Source: Promethearchaeota archaeon (lineage in GTDB: Archaea; Asgardarchaeota; Lokiarchaeia; Sigyniarchaeales; SOKP01). Taken from it: a stretch of 53,558 bases of DNA. Location: positions 1 through 53,558 of the forward strand of contig JABXKD010000014.1 in assembly GCA_013375475.1 (NCBI GenBank), given 5' to 3'. Positions within the stretch are counted from its first letter, which is position 1; each line of letters starts with the position of its first letter. Under the pieces are notes generated by a model. That model did not search any database, had not been told where the DNA came from, and saw only the letters and a list, made by a program, of their open reading frames with translations. A program made the translations under genes and the position numbers. Below are positions 17,440-27,745 of this stretch, piece by piece.

Positions 17440-18684
17440 GTGAGATATTTGAAGTCAGAAGTATATTATTTTACAGCGCGCACATTTAGTCATGAAGAAA
17501 GTCTAAGTAAAGTAAAAGGACCTTTAGCTCTTGAGAAAATTGGTTTTAATAGTAAAGTGAATAATGGAGATAAAGTCGTAATTAAAACTCATTTTGGTGC
17601 TCTAGAGAATGTAAGATATTTGCGTCCTAGTTACATTAGATTTTTATGCGATCACGTAAAAGCAATAGGAGCAGTACCCTATGTAGCAGAATCTTGTGGT
17701 TGGGGTGCTCCAGAAGAGGTTACTGGAATACATACTGAATATAGTGGACGAGCTGCTGAAGATGAATATTTAGAAACTGCTAAGATACATGGTTTTACTA
17801 AAGAAACCATGGGAGCTGAACTTCTAATGCTTGATGGTAGCGTGGGAGCAAATAGTATTAGGCATAGTTTCAAGGGAAAACGATTCAATGAAGTCTTAGT
17901 TGCAGGAAGGTTGAAAGAATTTGATCACATGGTTGTAGCCACCCATTTTAAAGGACACATTGGTGCTGGGTTTGGGGGCGCAATTAAAAATCTTGGGATA
18001 GGATGTGTAAGCAAGGGCGGAAAAGTTCAAGCTCATTTAGGAAAAAAATTCGAATTTAATTTTGATGCTCCTATCTCTGATTACGAGGCTTGTTTGAAGA
18101 TATGTCCCACAGGAGCATTAAAAGAGGGTTCAGATGGTAAATTGATACGCGATGAAGAAAAATGCAAATATTGTTACATGTGTAAATCCGTATGTAAAAA
18201 CAATGTAATTGATACTGGATCATCGACACAGGAGGAATTCGTTGTTCAAATGGTTGACAATGCAGCAGGAGTAGTAGATTATTACGGAAGTGATAAAATT
18301 TATTTTTTAAATTATGTTATTGACGTAACATGGCAATGTGATTGCACTGGTGGTTCTGATGTGCCATTCGTAAGTGATATTGGTATTTTATCTTCGAAAG
18401 ATCCAGTTGCAGTAGATCAGTGTGCAGTTGATTTAATCCATTTATCTTACATGAACCCTCATTCGATTTTGGGGAATATTGAAAACATTTCCAAAGAAAA
18501 ACCAAAAGAATGGTTTTCATTTACACCTAGATTTGATTCAAAAAAAGATAAATTGGATTTAAATCCTTCTGGGAAAGAATCTAAACACTGGGAGATACAG
18601 TTAAAAGCAGCTGAAGATATTGGATTAGGATTTCGAGACTATAATTTAATAGAAGTAAACATAGAAAGCAAGAAAGAGAGCTAA
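17440..18684 (+). CDS. DUF362-domain Fe-S protein with ferredoxin insert
   Basis: IKTHFG, THFKGH..AGFGGAIKNLGIGC, CxxCxxCxxxC, CDC, SKDPVAVDQ; start may be the TTG at 17449 after AGGTGA. Confidence 0.88.
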   Translation: MRYLKSEVYYFTARTFSHEESLSKVKGPLALEKIGFNSKVNNGDKVVIKTHFGALENVRYLRPSYIRFLCDHVKAIGAVPYVAESCGWGAPEEVTGIHTEYSGRAAEDEYLETAKIHGFTKETMGAELLMLDGSVGANSIRHSFKGKRFNEVLVAGRLKEFDHMVVATHFKGHIGAGFGGAIKNLGIGCVSKGGKVQAHLGKKFEFNFDAPISDYEACLKICPTGALKEGSDGKLIRDEEKCKYCYMCKSVCKNNVIDTGSSTQEEFVVQMVDNAAGVVDYYGSDKIYFLNYVIDVTWQCDCTGGSDVPFVSDIGILSSKDPVAVDQCAVDLIHLSYMNPHSILGNIENISKEKPKEWFSFTPRFDSKKDKLDLNPSGKESKHWEIQLKAAEDIGLGFRDYNLIEVNIESKKES

Positions 18685-18792
18685 ATTATTATTAAAAACA
18701 ACCTTTTTTTATCGATCTTATTTAACAAAATTTTTATCATAAATTAAATTAAAGATATAACTTAACCTTCTTTTAAGATTAAAGGTGAAAAA

Positions 18793-20520
18793 ATGAAACC
18801 AGTTTTGACTTTTGAAGAAGTTAGAAATGCAGTTATTGGTCAGAATTTCATGTTCCAGACTCCTTATGGAAAACGGTTACTTCTTTATGCTGATTACACC
18901 GCATCAGGTAGATCTATTAATTTTATTGAACAATTTTTAATTAAAATTCAAAGGGAATATGCAAATACTCATACTGAAGACAATGTAACTGGTCGACAGA
19001 TGACAAAAATCTTGGATCAAGCAGAATTGACAATAAAAAAAGCTCTCAATGCCGAAAAAAATTGTCGAATTATTACCACAGGTACAGGAGCAACGGGAGC
19101 AATATCCAAATTCCAAGAAATTATAGGTATACGTTTACCGCCAGCAACAAAAGAACTAGTGAAGACGATATTAAATAAGTCAGCAATAAATAAAGTTTTA
19201 GATCAAACTTTGAGCAACACCCTCGAGGAAGAAATAAATCGATTGAAACCTGTTGTTTTTATCGGTCCTTACGAACATCACTCTAACGATATAATGTGGC
19301 GTGAAGCGATAGCTGAAGTTGTTACTATTCAACTTACTCCTGAGGGATACATCGACTTAGTGGATTTAGAACAGCAAATTTCAAATCCCAAGTATAAAAA
19401 TAGATTAAAAATTGGTTCTTTCTCTGCTGCTTCCAATGTAACTGGTTTGAAGTCACCCGTTTATGAAATTTCCAATATCCTACATAAACATGGGTGTTTG
19501 GTTTGTTTTGATTTTGCTGCTAGCGCTCCTTACGTAAAAATTGATATGAATAAGAGTAATGATACATTTTTTGATGCTATTTTTATATCTCCACATAAAT
19601 TCGTGGGAGGTCCAGGATCCTCAGGAATCTTAGTGTTTAATGAACGAGTTTACAAAACAACTCTTTCTCCAACTTCATCAGGGGGAGGAACAGTTAACTT
19701 TGTAAGTTCTACTTCAGTGGATTATTCAGAAGATATTGAAATAAGAGAAAAAGCTGGAACTCCTGGAGTCTTACAAATTATAAAAGCGGCATTAGCTATA
19801 GATTTAAAGGATGCTATTGGAATTGAAAATATTGAAGCTAAAGAATTAGAATATACAACAAGAGCGCTGGATCGCTTATCTAAACATCCAAAAATCGAAA
19901 TTCTAGGACCAATTGATCCCGAAAATCGTATTTCAATTATGTCTTTTATGATTAAACATGAAGATAAGTACTTACACCCAAAATTTACTACAAAATTGCT
20001 CAACGATCTGTTTGGAATTCAAAGTCGTGCAGGTTGCATGTGTGCAGGACCATATGGACATTTATTACTCAATATTGACGAAGAAAGATCTCAAAAATTT
20101 CGATGTATTACTCAGCAGGGGAAACTTGGATTTAAGCCCGGATGGTGTCGTGTTAATTTTCATTACTTAATTTCAGAAATTGAGTTCGAGTTTATCTGTA
20201 AAACTATCGAATTTGTTGCAGATTATGGATATTTATTTCTAAATGAATATTCATTTGATATCCACTCTGGAGAATGGACACATCTCTATTTCGAAGATAC
20301 TAACCGTATTAACAACCCCGATATCAAGTCAATACTCTCCTCAGATTTACGAAATTGTTTTGATGAGGAAACTATAAATCGAAATGCTGAATTTACGAAA
20401 TATTTGAACGGAGCTAATAAAATTATCAAGGATTTTAATGAATCAAAAGAATATCAGCAGTTTGATGATCCTGAAGTCGAAGAACTAAGGTGGTTTAATT
20501 TTTTACACCTAACCAAATAG
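18793..20520 (+). CDS. Class V PLP aminotransferase (cysteine desulfurase-like)
   Basis: ADYTASGR, YANTHT, GPYEHHSN, AASNVTG, SPHK (PLP Lys), RAGCMCAGPYGH. Confidence 0.88.
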   Translation: MKPVLTFEEVRNAVIGQNFMFQTPYGKRLLLYADYTASGRSINFIEQFLIKIQREYANTHTEDNVTGRQMTKILDQAELTIKKALNAEKNCRIITTGTGATGAISKFQEIIGIRLPPATKELVKTILNKSAINKVLDQTLSNTLEEEINRLKPVVFIGPYEHHSNDIMWREAIAEVVTIQLTPEGYIDLVDLEQQISNPKYKNRLKIGSFSAASNVTGLKSPVYEISNILHKHGCLVCFDFAASAPYVKIDMNKSNDTFFDAIFISPHKFVGGPGSSGILVFNERVYKTTLSPTSSGGGTVNFVSSTSVDYSEDIEIREKAGTPGVLQIIKAALAIDLKDAIGIENIEAKELEYTTRALDRLSKHPKIEILGPIDPENRISIMSFMIKHEDKYLHPKFTTKLLNDLFGIQSRAGCMCAGPYGHLLLNIDEERSQKFRCITQQGKLGFKPGWCRVNFHYLISEIEFEFICKTIEFVADYGYLFLNEYSFDIHSGEWTHLYFEDTNRINNPDIKSILSSDLRNCFDEETINRNAEFTKYLNGANKIIKDFNESKEYQQFDDPEVEELRWFNFLHLTK

Positions 20521-20549
20521 AATTGAAGATAAAAACAATTAAAAAGAAA

Positions 20550-21878
20550 TTAAGAAGACACATTCAAGTTTTTAAACGCCATATACGGAAAGAGAGTATT
20601 TTCGGTAAATTCGCGCTCTTTTGAGATAAATAGGCAATTTTTCACCATTTCAAGAACATTACCACTAACATTTCCGAGTTTAATTGGATTTTGGAACTCG
20701 CCGTTCTTTATGTAATAACCATTTCTTATTTCAGCTCCAAAATTACCCGAGACCTCTTCTGGATTCAACCAAGAAAATTGCTCGATGTAATACCCTTCCT
20801 TAATATTCGAAATCATCTCTTCGAAGGAAATATCTCCAGGTGCTATTTTGAAATTACTCATCCCATTAACAACCGTGCCGTTTTCTGCCCTTCTTGCGTT
20901 TCCCGTTGATTGTTTACCTTCCAGCATTGCATACATTTGATCGTATAACCTATTTTGAAATACACCATTCTTTATGACTTCTGTGATCTGATGAGGATTT
21001 CCTTCTGAATCCCATGAATTGGAATTCAGACCACCTTCTAACAATCCATCATCAATAATTGTGATGTTCTCGCTTGCTATTACATCTCCTATATTGAAGC
21101 GTGAAATTTTTTCAGCATGAGCTTTACCAAGCGCATGAACTCCAATAACGGGATTAATAGCCTGCTTTAAAACGCTTGGAGAAAAAATGACTATGGCATC
21201 ATCAGAAGGCTTGGGTTCTACCGCTGTAAGCGTGTCCTTAGCTTTTCTGGCCCAGCTAGACACTCTCTCGTTTAAATTCAGGTGTTCTTTTTCTTTGTAA
21301 TACCCTTCATTCCAGAACTCCGATAGTTTACCATTTTCTTGAGCTTTTAAGGAAAATTCTATAAAAAAATAGGTCTTTTTCGCGTCTAACTCTACATCAT
21401 TACTGTTTCTCAAATAGCTATGATTGCTGTGTACTCTAAATCGCAAAAATGTAGGTAAGACATCTTTTTGTTTTCTCACTTCAAAGATTAAATCTTCTGC
21501 TAAGTTATTCTTAATCTTTAGAGGATCGCTTAATATAGTTTTATCAGCCGTGGTAATGGGAGAAATGCTTACTTTTGAAGGAAAATCGTACTTAGAGCTC
21601 GAATTAATTTTTGATAATAGAACACAAGTATCGATGTTTTTCTCGATTTGGCTAGCCTCAAGTGAATTCCCTTTAACTACCCCTATCCCCGTCTTATTTT
21701 CCTTTTGAGTAAGAATTCTTATGAAATATTCAAAATCAGATATCTCACGCTCGTTCTCAGGCTTATCCTTTAAAAAAATAGTTTCGAAGATACTCTTTTC
21801 GACGAAATATATCTCAAATTCTTGTATTTTTTTCGATTTTAAAACAGCTTCGATTTTATCTAACCTTTCAATTGACAC
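20550..21878 (-). CDS. pmbA: TldE/PmbA family protein
   Basis: WDSEG, STGNARR, SGNF; no HExxxH; 8 nt downstream of tldD. Confidence 0.85.
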   Translation of the reverse strand: MSIERLDKIEAVLKSKKIQEFEIYFVEKSIFETIFLKDKPENEREISDFEYFIRILTQKENKTGIGVVKGNSLEASQIEKNIDTCVLLSKINSSSKYDFPSKVSISPITTADKTILSDPLKIKNNLAEDLIFEVRKQKDVLPTFLRFRVHSNHSYLRNSNDVELDAKKTYFFIEFSLKAQENGKLSEFWNEGYYKEKEHLNLNERVSSWARKAKDTLTAVEPKPSDDAIVIFSPSVLKQAINPVIGVHALGKAHAEKISRFNIGDVIASENITIIDDGLLEGGLNSNSWDSEGNPHQITEVIKNGVFQNRLYDQMYAMLEGKQSTGNARRAENGTVVNGMSNFKIAPGDISFEEMISNIKEGYYIEQFSWLNPEEVSGNFGAEIRNGYYIKNGEFQNPIKLGNVSGNVLEMVKNCLFISKEREFTENTLFPYMAFKNLNVSS

Positions 21879-21886
21879 TTATTCCA

Positions 21887-23269
21887 TCACCCCGGGCTTA
21901 CCAAAGTGTTTTTAGCTCTAATATAACTACCTCCAGATGTCACGGGAACCATATCTTCGCTGCCTTTTCCACATGTACCTCCATCTAGGGCTAAAGAATC
22001 CTTACTTATAGCGTCGATATTTTTAAGCATCTCAAGTACATCTCCACTTAACGCAGTAGCTTTAAGAATTTTTGTTTTCTCTCCGTTTTCAATTAGATAA
22101 GCTTTTTTCGAGGTACATTGCATACCCCCACCTAGAGGATCTTCCATGCCAAAGTATCCATGAATCAATATTACTCCTTCTTTAACCTCTCCAATCATTT
22201 CTTCTAGTTCATAGTCTCCAGAACCAAAATAGGTATTAGACATCCTAACATTGACAGGATGAGCAAAACTTTCTCTTCTTCCGTTTCCTTGAGGAATAGC
22301 ATTAAGTTCTGATGCCGTTCTTCGATCGTATATGAAGTTTTTTAATATCCCATTTTCAACTAAGATGTTGTGTCCAGCCTTTATTCCCTCATCGTCGAAA
22401 AAGTATGATCCTAATTTCTTTTCTATAGAAGGTGTGTCATAAATTGTGCATATATCAGAAGCAACTTGTTTGTTAAGGTGTTGTTTCAAATAACTGCGAT
22501 TTCTCAATATTTGATCTGCTTCCAAACCATGCCCAAAACTCTCATGAGCAATCAATCCTACCATATGGGAGTCTAACACAACAGTATTTCTCCCTGCAGG
22601 TGGTGCTTCAGCTTTTAACATTTCAAGCGAATTCTTAACTGTTTGATCTAAAACACTATTTTCAAAAAAATCGAAAATCTCAAATCCGACTTCTCCTGAT
22701 TTAATAATATAATCAAAATCTACTACGCTTCCTTCCTTAGCGATAGGTGTAACGAAAACACGACTCCTTGGAATTAGTTGCCTTAATTTGCACCCTTCGT
22801 TATTGACGAAGATTCGTTCAAGTAGGTACTCTAAATATTTCACTTGGACATTGATAATTCTTTCATCTGCGTTTTTGACATAATTATAGATTTCCCTTAC
22901 TTTTTCAATCTTTTCATCAATAGAAACATTAACGGGATCGATCTTAACTTTAATTTCTTTGTTTAAACTCCAACCGTCGAATTCATCAAGGAGATTTCCT
23001 TTATTAGATACCTTCGGTATTTTTTTCTTAACTCCATTCAAATCTCCATTCGCTTCAATTGCTACTTCTTTCCACGAGTCTAAAAAGCTGCGAGCGACAA
23101 TACCCGACGTTTTAGTATTCACTGAAAAATTCTCAGCAGAAGGGGTTTTCACTATGCTTGTTGACGAAACTGAATCGTACAAGATATCAAAGTATTGATC
23201 GCTTCGATTATAATGGTTAGAAATTTCTTCAAATTCAGTAAAAATTTCTTCATATGATTTATTACTCAT
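21887..23269 (-). CDS. tldD: TldD metalloprotease
   Basis: HESFGHGLEAD, FDDEG, GNGRRE, RMSNTY, GTCGKG. Confidence 0.92.
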   Translation of the reverse strand: MSNKSYEEIFTEFEEISNHYNRSDQYFDILYDSVSSTSIVKTPSAENFSVNTKTSGIVARSFLDSWKEVAIEANGDLNGVKKKIPKVSNKGNLLDEFDGWSLNKEIKVKIDPVNVSIDEKIEKVREIYNYVKNADERIINVQVKYLEYLLERIFVNNEGCKLRQLIPRSRVFVTPIAKEGSVVDFDYIIKSGEVGFEIFDFFENSVLDQTVKNSLEMLKAEAPPAGRNTVVLDSHMVGLIAHESFGHGLEADQILRNRSYLKQHLNKQVASDICTIYDTPSIEKKLGSYFFDDEGIKAGHNILVENGILKNFIYDRRTASELNAIPQGNGRRESFAHPVNVRMSNTYFGSGDYELEEMIGEVKEGVILIHGYFGMEDPLGGGMQCTSKKAYLIENGEKTKILKATALSGDVLEMLKNIDAISKDSLALDGGTCGKGSEDMVPVTSGGSYIRAKNTLVSPG

Positions 23270-23421
23270 CTATGTCACTAAAATTTAAACTTTGGTTTAG
23301 TATCAAGTTGATTAAATATCATTAAAATTATGGTAGAAATAATATATCTAACAATATATAGGTTTAGTTATCGTCTTCCACTACTATTCGTAAACTTAGG
23401 TCAAGGGAAGAATTAAGAAAT

Positions 23422-24300
23422 TTATTTATCTTTATTGTTCTCTTCTAAAAACGAAATTCTTGTTTCTAAAATGCTCATTGTCTCAATAATATTATTTATC
23501 GTATTCTGAATTTCCTTTACTCCATTTTGGAGTTCGCCCATTTGATCTAAAATAAATGACATAACATCTGGTCTTTTTACAGGTTCAGTTAACCAATTAA
23601 GAACATTTTGTAAAAATTTTTGATTGTCTAGTGAATTAATTCCTATATTATCATCACTGCAGAAAATATCAATATCACCGAGAGCAATTACTTTTCCTTG
23701 TCCAAAATTTGAATATGCAGCAATAATTTGTTGTTGTTCTTTATCTTTTGTCCATTCTTCAAATGTATTGTTGTAAATTTCTGACCAAATGTTATTTTCA
23801 TCCGTTAGTAATAGAGGTTTTGCCCCTTTTTTTAAGAAAAGAGAACAAGCACCTCCAATTATTACTTCTCTTAACCCATTTACGATTTCATGACGCGGGA
23901 ATTTTTGAATATGAAGAATACTAGAACAGTTTTGATTATGTGAATTTTGTTCTTTAATTAAATTCTTCTCAAAAAAAAAACCAAAATTCGTAGCTAAATC
24001 GTTTAGATTTGTTTTTTGAAGGAAATCTGCTCCGTATTCGCTGACGAGTATTAAATTTCCCCCTATTCTTACGTAATCAACAATATCCTTTATCTCGATA
24101 TTTGAGAAATAGTCGTCAATCGGGTTTCCCAATACTAAAACATCAACATTTTCTAAAAGTTTTTTAGTTAAATCCTTATTTTCATTTTTTATAATATTAA
24201 GATTGAGATTTTTAAGGAGTTTTAAAAATTCAGAAAATTCGTCGTCTAATGTCAACATCTCGCCATGAGAAAGATCGATAAGTATAACCTTACTTTGCAT
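23422..24300 (-). CDS. GIFT (GldG/IFT52, DUF4350-like) domain protein with C-terminal coiled coil
   Basis: ILIDLSHGE, DVLVLGNP..FS..EI..I.DYV..GGNL, TNLN.L...FG, GQGKVIALGD.DIF, DNQKFLQNVLNWL; no signal peptide. Confidence 0.75.
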   Translation of the reverse strand: MQSKVILIDLSHGEMLTLDDEFSEFLKLLKNLNLNIIKNENKDLTKKLLENVDVLVLGNPIDDYFSNIEIKDIVDYVRIGGNLILVSEYGADFLQKTNLNDLATNFGFFFEKNLIKEQNSHNQNCSSILHIQKFPRHEIVNGLREVIIGGACSLFLKKGAKPLLLTDENNIWSEIYNNTFEEWTKDKEQQQIIAAYSNFGQGKVIALGDIDIFCSDDNIGINSLDNQKFLQNVLNWLTEPVKRPDVMSFILDQMGELQNGVKEIQNTINNIIETMSILETRISFLEENNKDK

Positions 24301-24489
24301 TACAATAAGAAAGACAAAAATACACCTATAAAAATGATTCTATAACTAAAACTTTAACAGATAAATTTTATAAAGATTAATGAATACTCCTTTTTGGATT
24401 ATGTTTTATATGTTTTAGATAAAAAAAATAAGATAATAATCCCGTATCACTAAAAAAAAACTTATAAGGTTAACGTAGTTAGCGGTCTG

Positions 24490-25806
24490 TTGATTATGAG
24501 TAAAAATTCAAACACGATTGCAGTTTGTGGTCTTTCCTGGGGTGACGAAGGTAAAGGAAAGATAACTGATTACTTAGCGCAAAAAGCCGATATTGTTGTA
24601 CGATATAACGGAGGGAATAATGCGGGACATACTATTATTGCTAATGGAATAAAATATAAATTCAAACTAATTCCTTCCGGAGCACCGTTGGAGAAAGAAG
24701 TGGTTATTGGGAACGGTTGCGTTGTTGATCCTAAGGTTTTACTAGACGAAATTGACAACCTAAATAAATTAGGCAAAAAAGTTAATTTGAAACTAAGTTC
24801 TACAGCTCACGTAATTTTCCCCTTTCACATTGCTCTAGATGGGTTAGAGGAAAAAACGAAGGGAAAATTTAGCGCGGGGACTACAAAAAGAGGAATAGGT
24901 CCAACATATTCAGACAAAGCGGGTCGGTGGGGAATAAGAATCTACGATTTAGCCCACCCAGAGATTATGAAGCCGAAATTGGAGAAATTATTCCGAATTA
25001 AAAAAGATTTGATTAATGTATACAATCCTGATTGGGATATGGATTTCGAAGCTATTTTCGAGGAATACAAAGCTTTCGGCGAGAAATTAAAACCCTATAT
25101 TACAGATACAGCTTATTACTTGAATAAAGCAATTGATTCGGGAAAAAAAGTAGTTTTTGAAGGTGCTCAAGGAAATTTACTGTGTATAGACCATGGAATG
25201 TATCCGTATGGAACCTCATCAAATCCCAATGCTTTGGGAATTAGTGCGGGAACTGGAATCCCTCCTAAGAAAATCGGGAAAATAGTTGGCATAATAAAAG
25301 CATATACTTCTAGGGTAGGGGAAGGTAAGTTTCCTACAGAATTATTTGGCGATATTGCAGTGCAAATTAGAGAACAGGGGCATGAATACGGAACGGTTAC
25401 CGGACGCCCAAGAAGAGTGGGCTGGCTTGATCTTTTTAACCTCAAATATGGCGTAATGATAAACGGGATCGACACCGCAATCATCACCCTATTAGATGCA
25501 CTTCACGGAATAACTCCGATTAAAATGTGCACTGGATATGAGTTAGATGGAAGAACGCTTGAAAGCTGGCCTATTCAACATGAAATAATCGAAAAATGCA
25601 AGCCAATCTATAGAGAATTCGAAGGTTGGAAGAAAATAACCGATGAAGAGTGGTCTGAACTTGCTAAACAGGGATATGACGCTTTACCTGAAACTATGAA
25701 AGTGTATCTTCAAGCTATTAAAGAAGAACTTCAAATTGATATTGCAATGGTTTCTATTGGGCCAAAAAGAAACGATACTATTGTTTTAGACGAGAATTTG
25801 TTTTAA
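24490..25806 (+). CDS. purA: Adenylosuccinate synthetase
   Basis: WGDEGKGK, GGNNAGHT, GTTKRGIGPTY, FEGAQG, EYGTVTGRPRRVGW. Confidence 0.97.
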   Translation: MIMSKNSNTIAVCGLSWGDEGKGKITDYLAQKADIVVRYNGGNNAGHTIIANGIKYKFKLIPSGAPLEKEVVIGNGCVVDPKVLLDEIDNLNKLGKKVNLKLSSTAHVIFPFHIALDGLEEKTKGKFSAGTTKRGIGPTYSDKAGRWGIRIYDLAHPEIMKPKLEKLFRIKKDLINVYNPDWDMDFEAIFEEYKAFGEKLKPYITDTAYYLNKAIDSGKKVVFEGAQGNLLCIDHGMYPYGTSSNPNALGISAGTGIPPKKIGKIVGIIKAYTSRVGEGKFPTELFGDIAVQIREQGHEYGTVTGRPRRVGWLDLFNLKYGVMINGIDTAIITLLDALHGITPIKMCTGYELDGRTLESWPIQHEIIEKCKPIYREFEGWKKITDEEWSELAKQGYDALPETMKVYLQAIKEELQIDIAMVSIGPKRNDTIVLDENLF

Positions 25807-25826
25807 TTTTTTTTTTCTTTTTTTTT
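25807..25826 (+). terminator. Oligo-T terminator
   Basis: T10-C-T9 immediately after the purA stop. Confidence 0.55.
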
Positions 25827-25986
25827 GATTTAAATCAATGTTTTCATATATTGATTTTTATTTTTTCAATTAGCAAAATTATTCCTAAAAGTTCATGAAA
25901 GGCATAAGCTTTTTTTAATAAAAAACAATAAATAGAATATAAAAAAATTAAATAATTCTTATAAAGAGATTCATTAAATTTGAGAC

Positions 25987-26640
25987 GTGAATAAATTGAA
26001 ATTGTTAAAAGATAAGAAGAATGAATTAGACGAAATTAACAAGCAATTTTTAGCCGAAACTTTGAATGGTTCAGCTTTATTACATGAAGCTCTCTCAACT
26101 TTTATTGAGGATAAATTAAAAAAAGAATCAATAGAAGGTGTAATCCAAACAGAAAGAAAGTGTGATGAGCTTAAAGAAAAATATACTCAGGTTTTATTTA
26201 AAGATAAGAGGGCACTTCCCTTTTTAGTAGAGGATAGATACAATATACTCATGATGATTGACTCGGTAAACGATAAGATGGAATTTTTTGCTAGATTCTT
26301 AGATGTTTATCCATTCAAGCTTTACAAGGAAATTAATGCGGAGTTCAGAGCCTTGTGTAGTGCGTGTGGTCAGAGTGTAGAAGAATTGGTCGATTGCGCC
26401 ATTTTAATTGAAACAGATTTTGATGGAGCGTATAAGAAGACCTTTGAAATTGAAGAAAGGAAAAGAGAAGCACGAACAGCAAAGTTTAACCTGCTTGGTA
26501 AGTTGTACAAAATGAAGGATGATCCTACAAAAGTATATTTGACCTCTAAATTAGTGACATATATTTATGACATAGTATCGTGGGTAGAGGAAACATCAGA
26601 TTATCTAAGAGGATTAATTATAAGATATCCCAGCAGATAG
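25987..26640 (+). CDS. DUF47 / PhoU-like phosphate transport regulator
   Basis: All-helical, ERKCDELK, LPF..EDR; directly upstream of a Pit gene. Confidence 0.82.
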   Translation: MNKLKLLKDKKNELDEINKQFLAETLNGSALLHEALSTFIEDKLKKESIEGVIQTERKCDELKEKYTQVLFKDKRALPFLVEDRYNILMMIDSVNDKMEFFARFLDVYPFKLYKEINAEFRALCSACGQSVEELVDCAILIETDFDGAYKKTFEIEERKREARTAKFNLLGKLYKMKDDPTKVYLTSKLVTYIYDIVSWVEETSDYLRGLIIRYPSR

Positions 26641-26650
26641 AAAGGGACGG

Positions 26651-27646
26651 ATGGAAAAAATGGCGTTAGAATACATTATAATCGTATTTTTAATAATATC
26701 TATAATAATTAGTTTTGGAATTGGAGCTAACGATGAAACGATGGCTCCGCTTTATGGATCACGGATCCTCAATATGAAACAAATCCTTATCTTAGCAGCG
26801 ATTTTTGCTATCACGGGAGCGCTATTATTAGGAGAAGGGGTTGCTAAATCAGTAGGTGCCAAGATACTCTTATTAGACTATGAAACTTTAGGCATTAACC
26901 AGAATGCTGTTGTTATGACTATTTTGATTTCAACAGCTATTGTGTTAATATTATCTAGCGCTTTAGGGCTTCCAATTTCCTCAACTCATGCTACAATAGG
27001 AGGAATTATGGGTTTAGGGATGCTATTAGGAGGTCTAGAGGGTGTAAATTGGATTACAATACTAGAAATGAGTATGTGGTGGTTGGCTTCTCCCGTGGTC
27101 GGTTTTGTAGTAACATATGGCGTTGTTAAATTACTTAATAAACAAAAAGTCAAGTTTTTCAAGGGATTCAATGATTATGAAAGATCAGAGAACACTTATT
27201 CCTATATAATCTTAATTATTATATGCATTACAGCCTTTTCTAGAGCAGGAAATGACAGTTCTAACTCAGTTGGAATAGTAGTTGGAGTTGGAGGTGACAT
27301 TAATATAATTTGGTTATTAATCATAACTGGGCTTGGCTTAGCAAGTGGAATTATTGTTTTAGGAAGAATTGTTATTAAAAACTTAGGTAAAATGACGGAA
27401 CTTCGGCCGAGCACTGCGTTTGCTGTGCAATTACCAACAGCAGCCGTCATGCTTATTGGAACCATTCAAAAAATACCACTTTCGGGTTCTCATTTGCTCG
27501 TAGCATCATTTGTAGGGCTTTCAAAAGCAAGTAATATTCCAATGCAGAAAGGATTATGGAAAATCATCGCAGTTTGGTTATTAACTTTTCCAATTGCAGC
27601 ATTTCTTTCAGTTATACTATACTTTCCTATTAATCTTCTGCTCTAA
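26651..27646 (+). CDS. Inorganic phosphate transporter (PiT family)
   Basis: GANDE and GNDSSN signatures, GLPISSTH, IPLSGSH; many TMs. Confidence 0.92.
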   Translation: MEKMALEYIIIVFLIISIIISFGIGANDETMAPLYGSRILNMKQILILAAIFAITGALLLGEGVAKSVGAKILLLDYETLGINQNAVVMTILISTAIVLILSSALGLPISSTHATIGGIMGLGMLLGGLEGVNWITILEMSMWWLASPVVGFVVTYGVVKLLNKQKVKFFKGFNDYERSENTYSYIILIIICITAFSRAGNDSSNSVGIVVGVGGDINIIWLLIITGLGLASGIIVLGRIVIKNLGKMTELRPSTAFAVQLPTAAVMLIGTIQKIPLSGSHLLVASFVGLSKASNIPMQKGLWKIIAVWLLTFPIAAFLSVILYFPINLLL

Positions 27647-27745
27647 TTCAAAGAATTTAGCGAGTAATATCATATCTATAAAATCTTTTTTATTTATTTA
27701 AAAAGTCTCGATTAAGGTTTCAGTTAAAAATAAGAACAGGCGATA

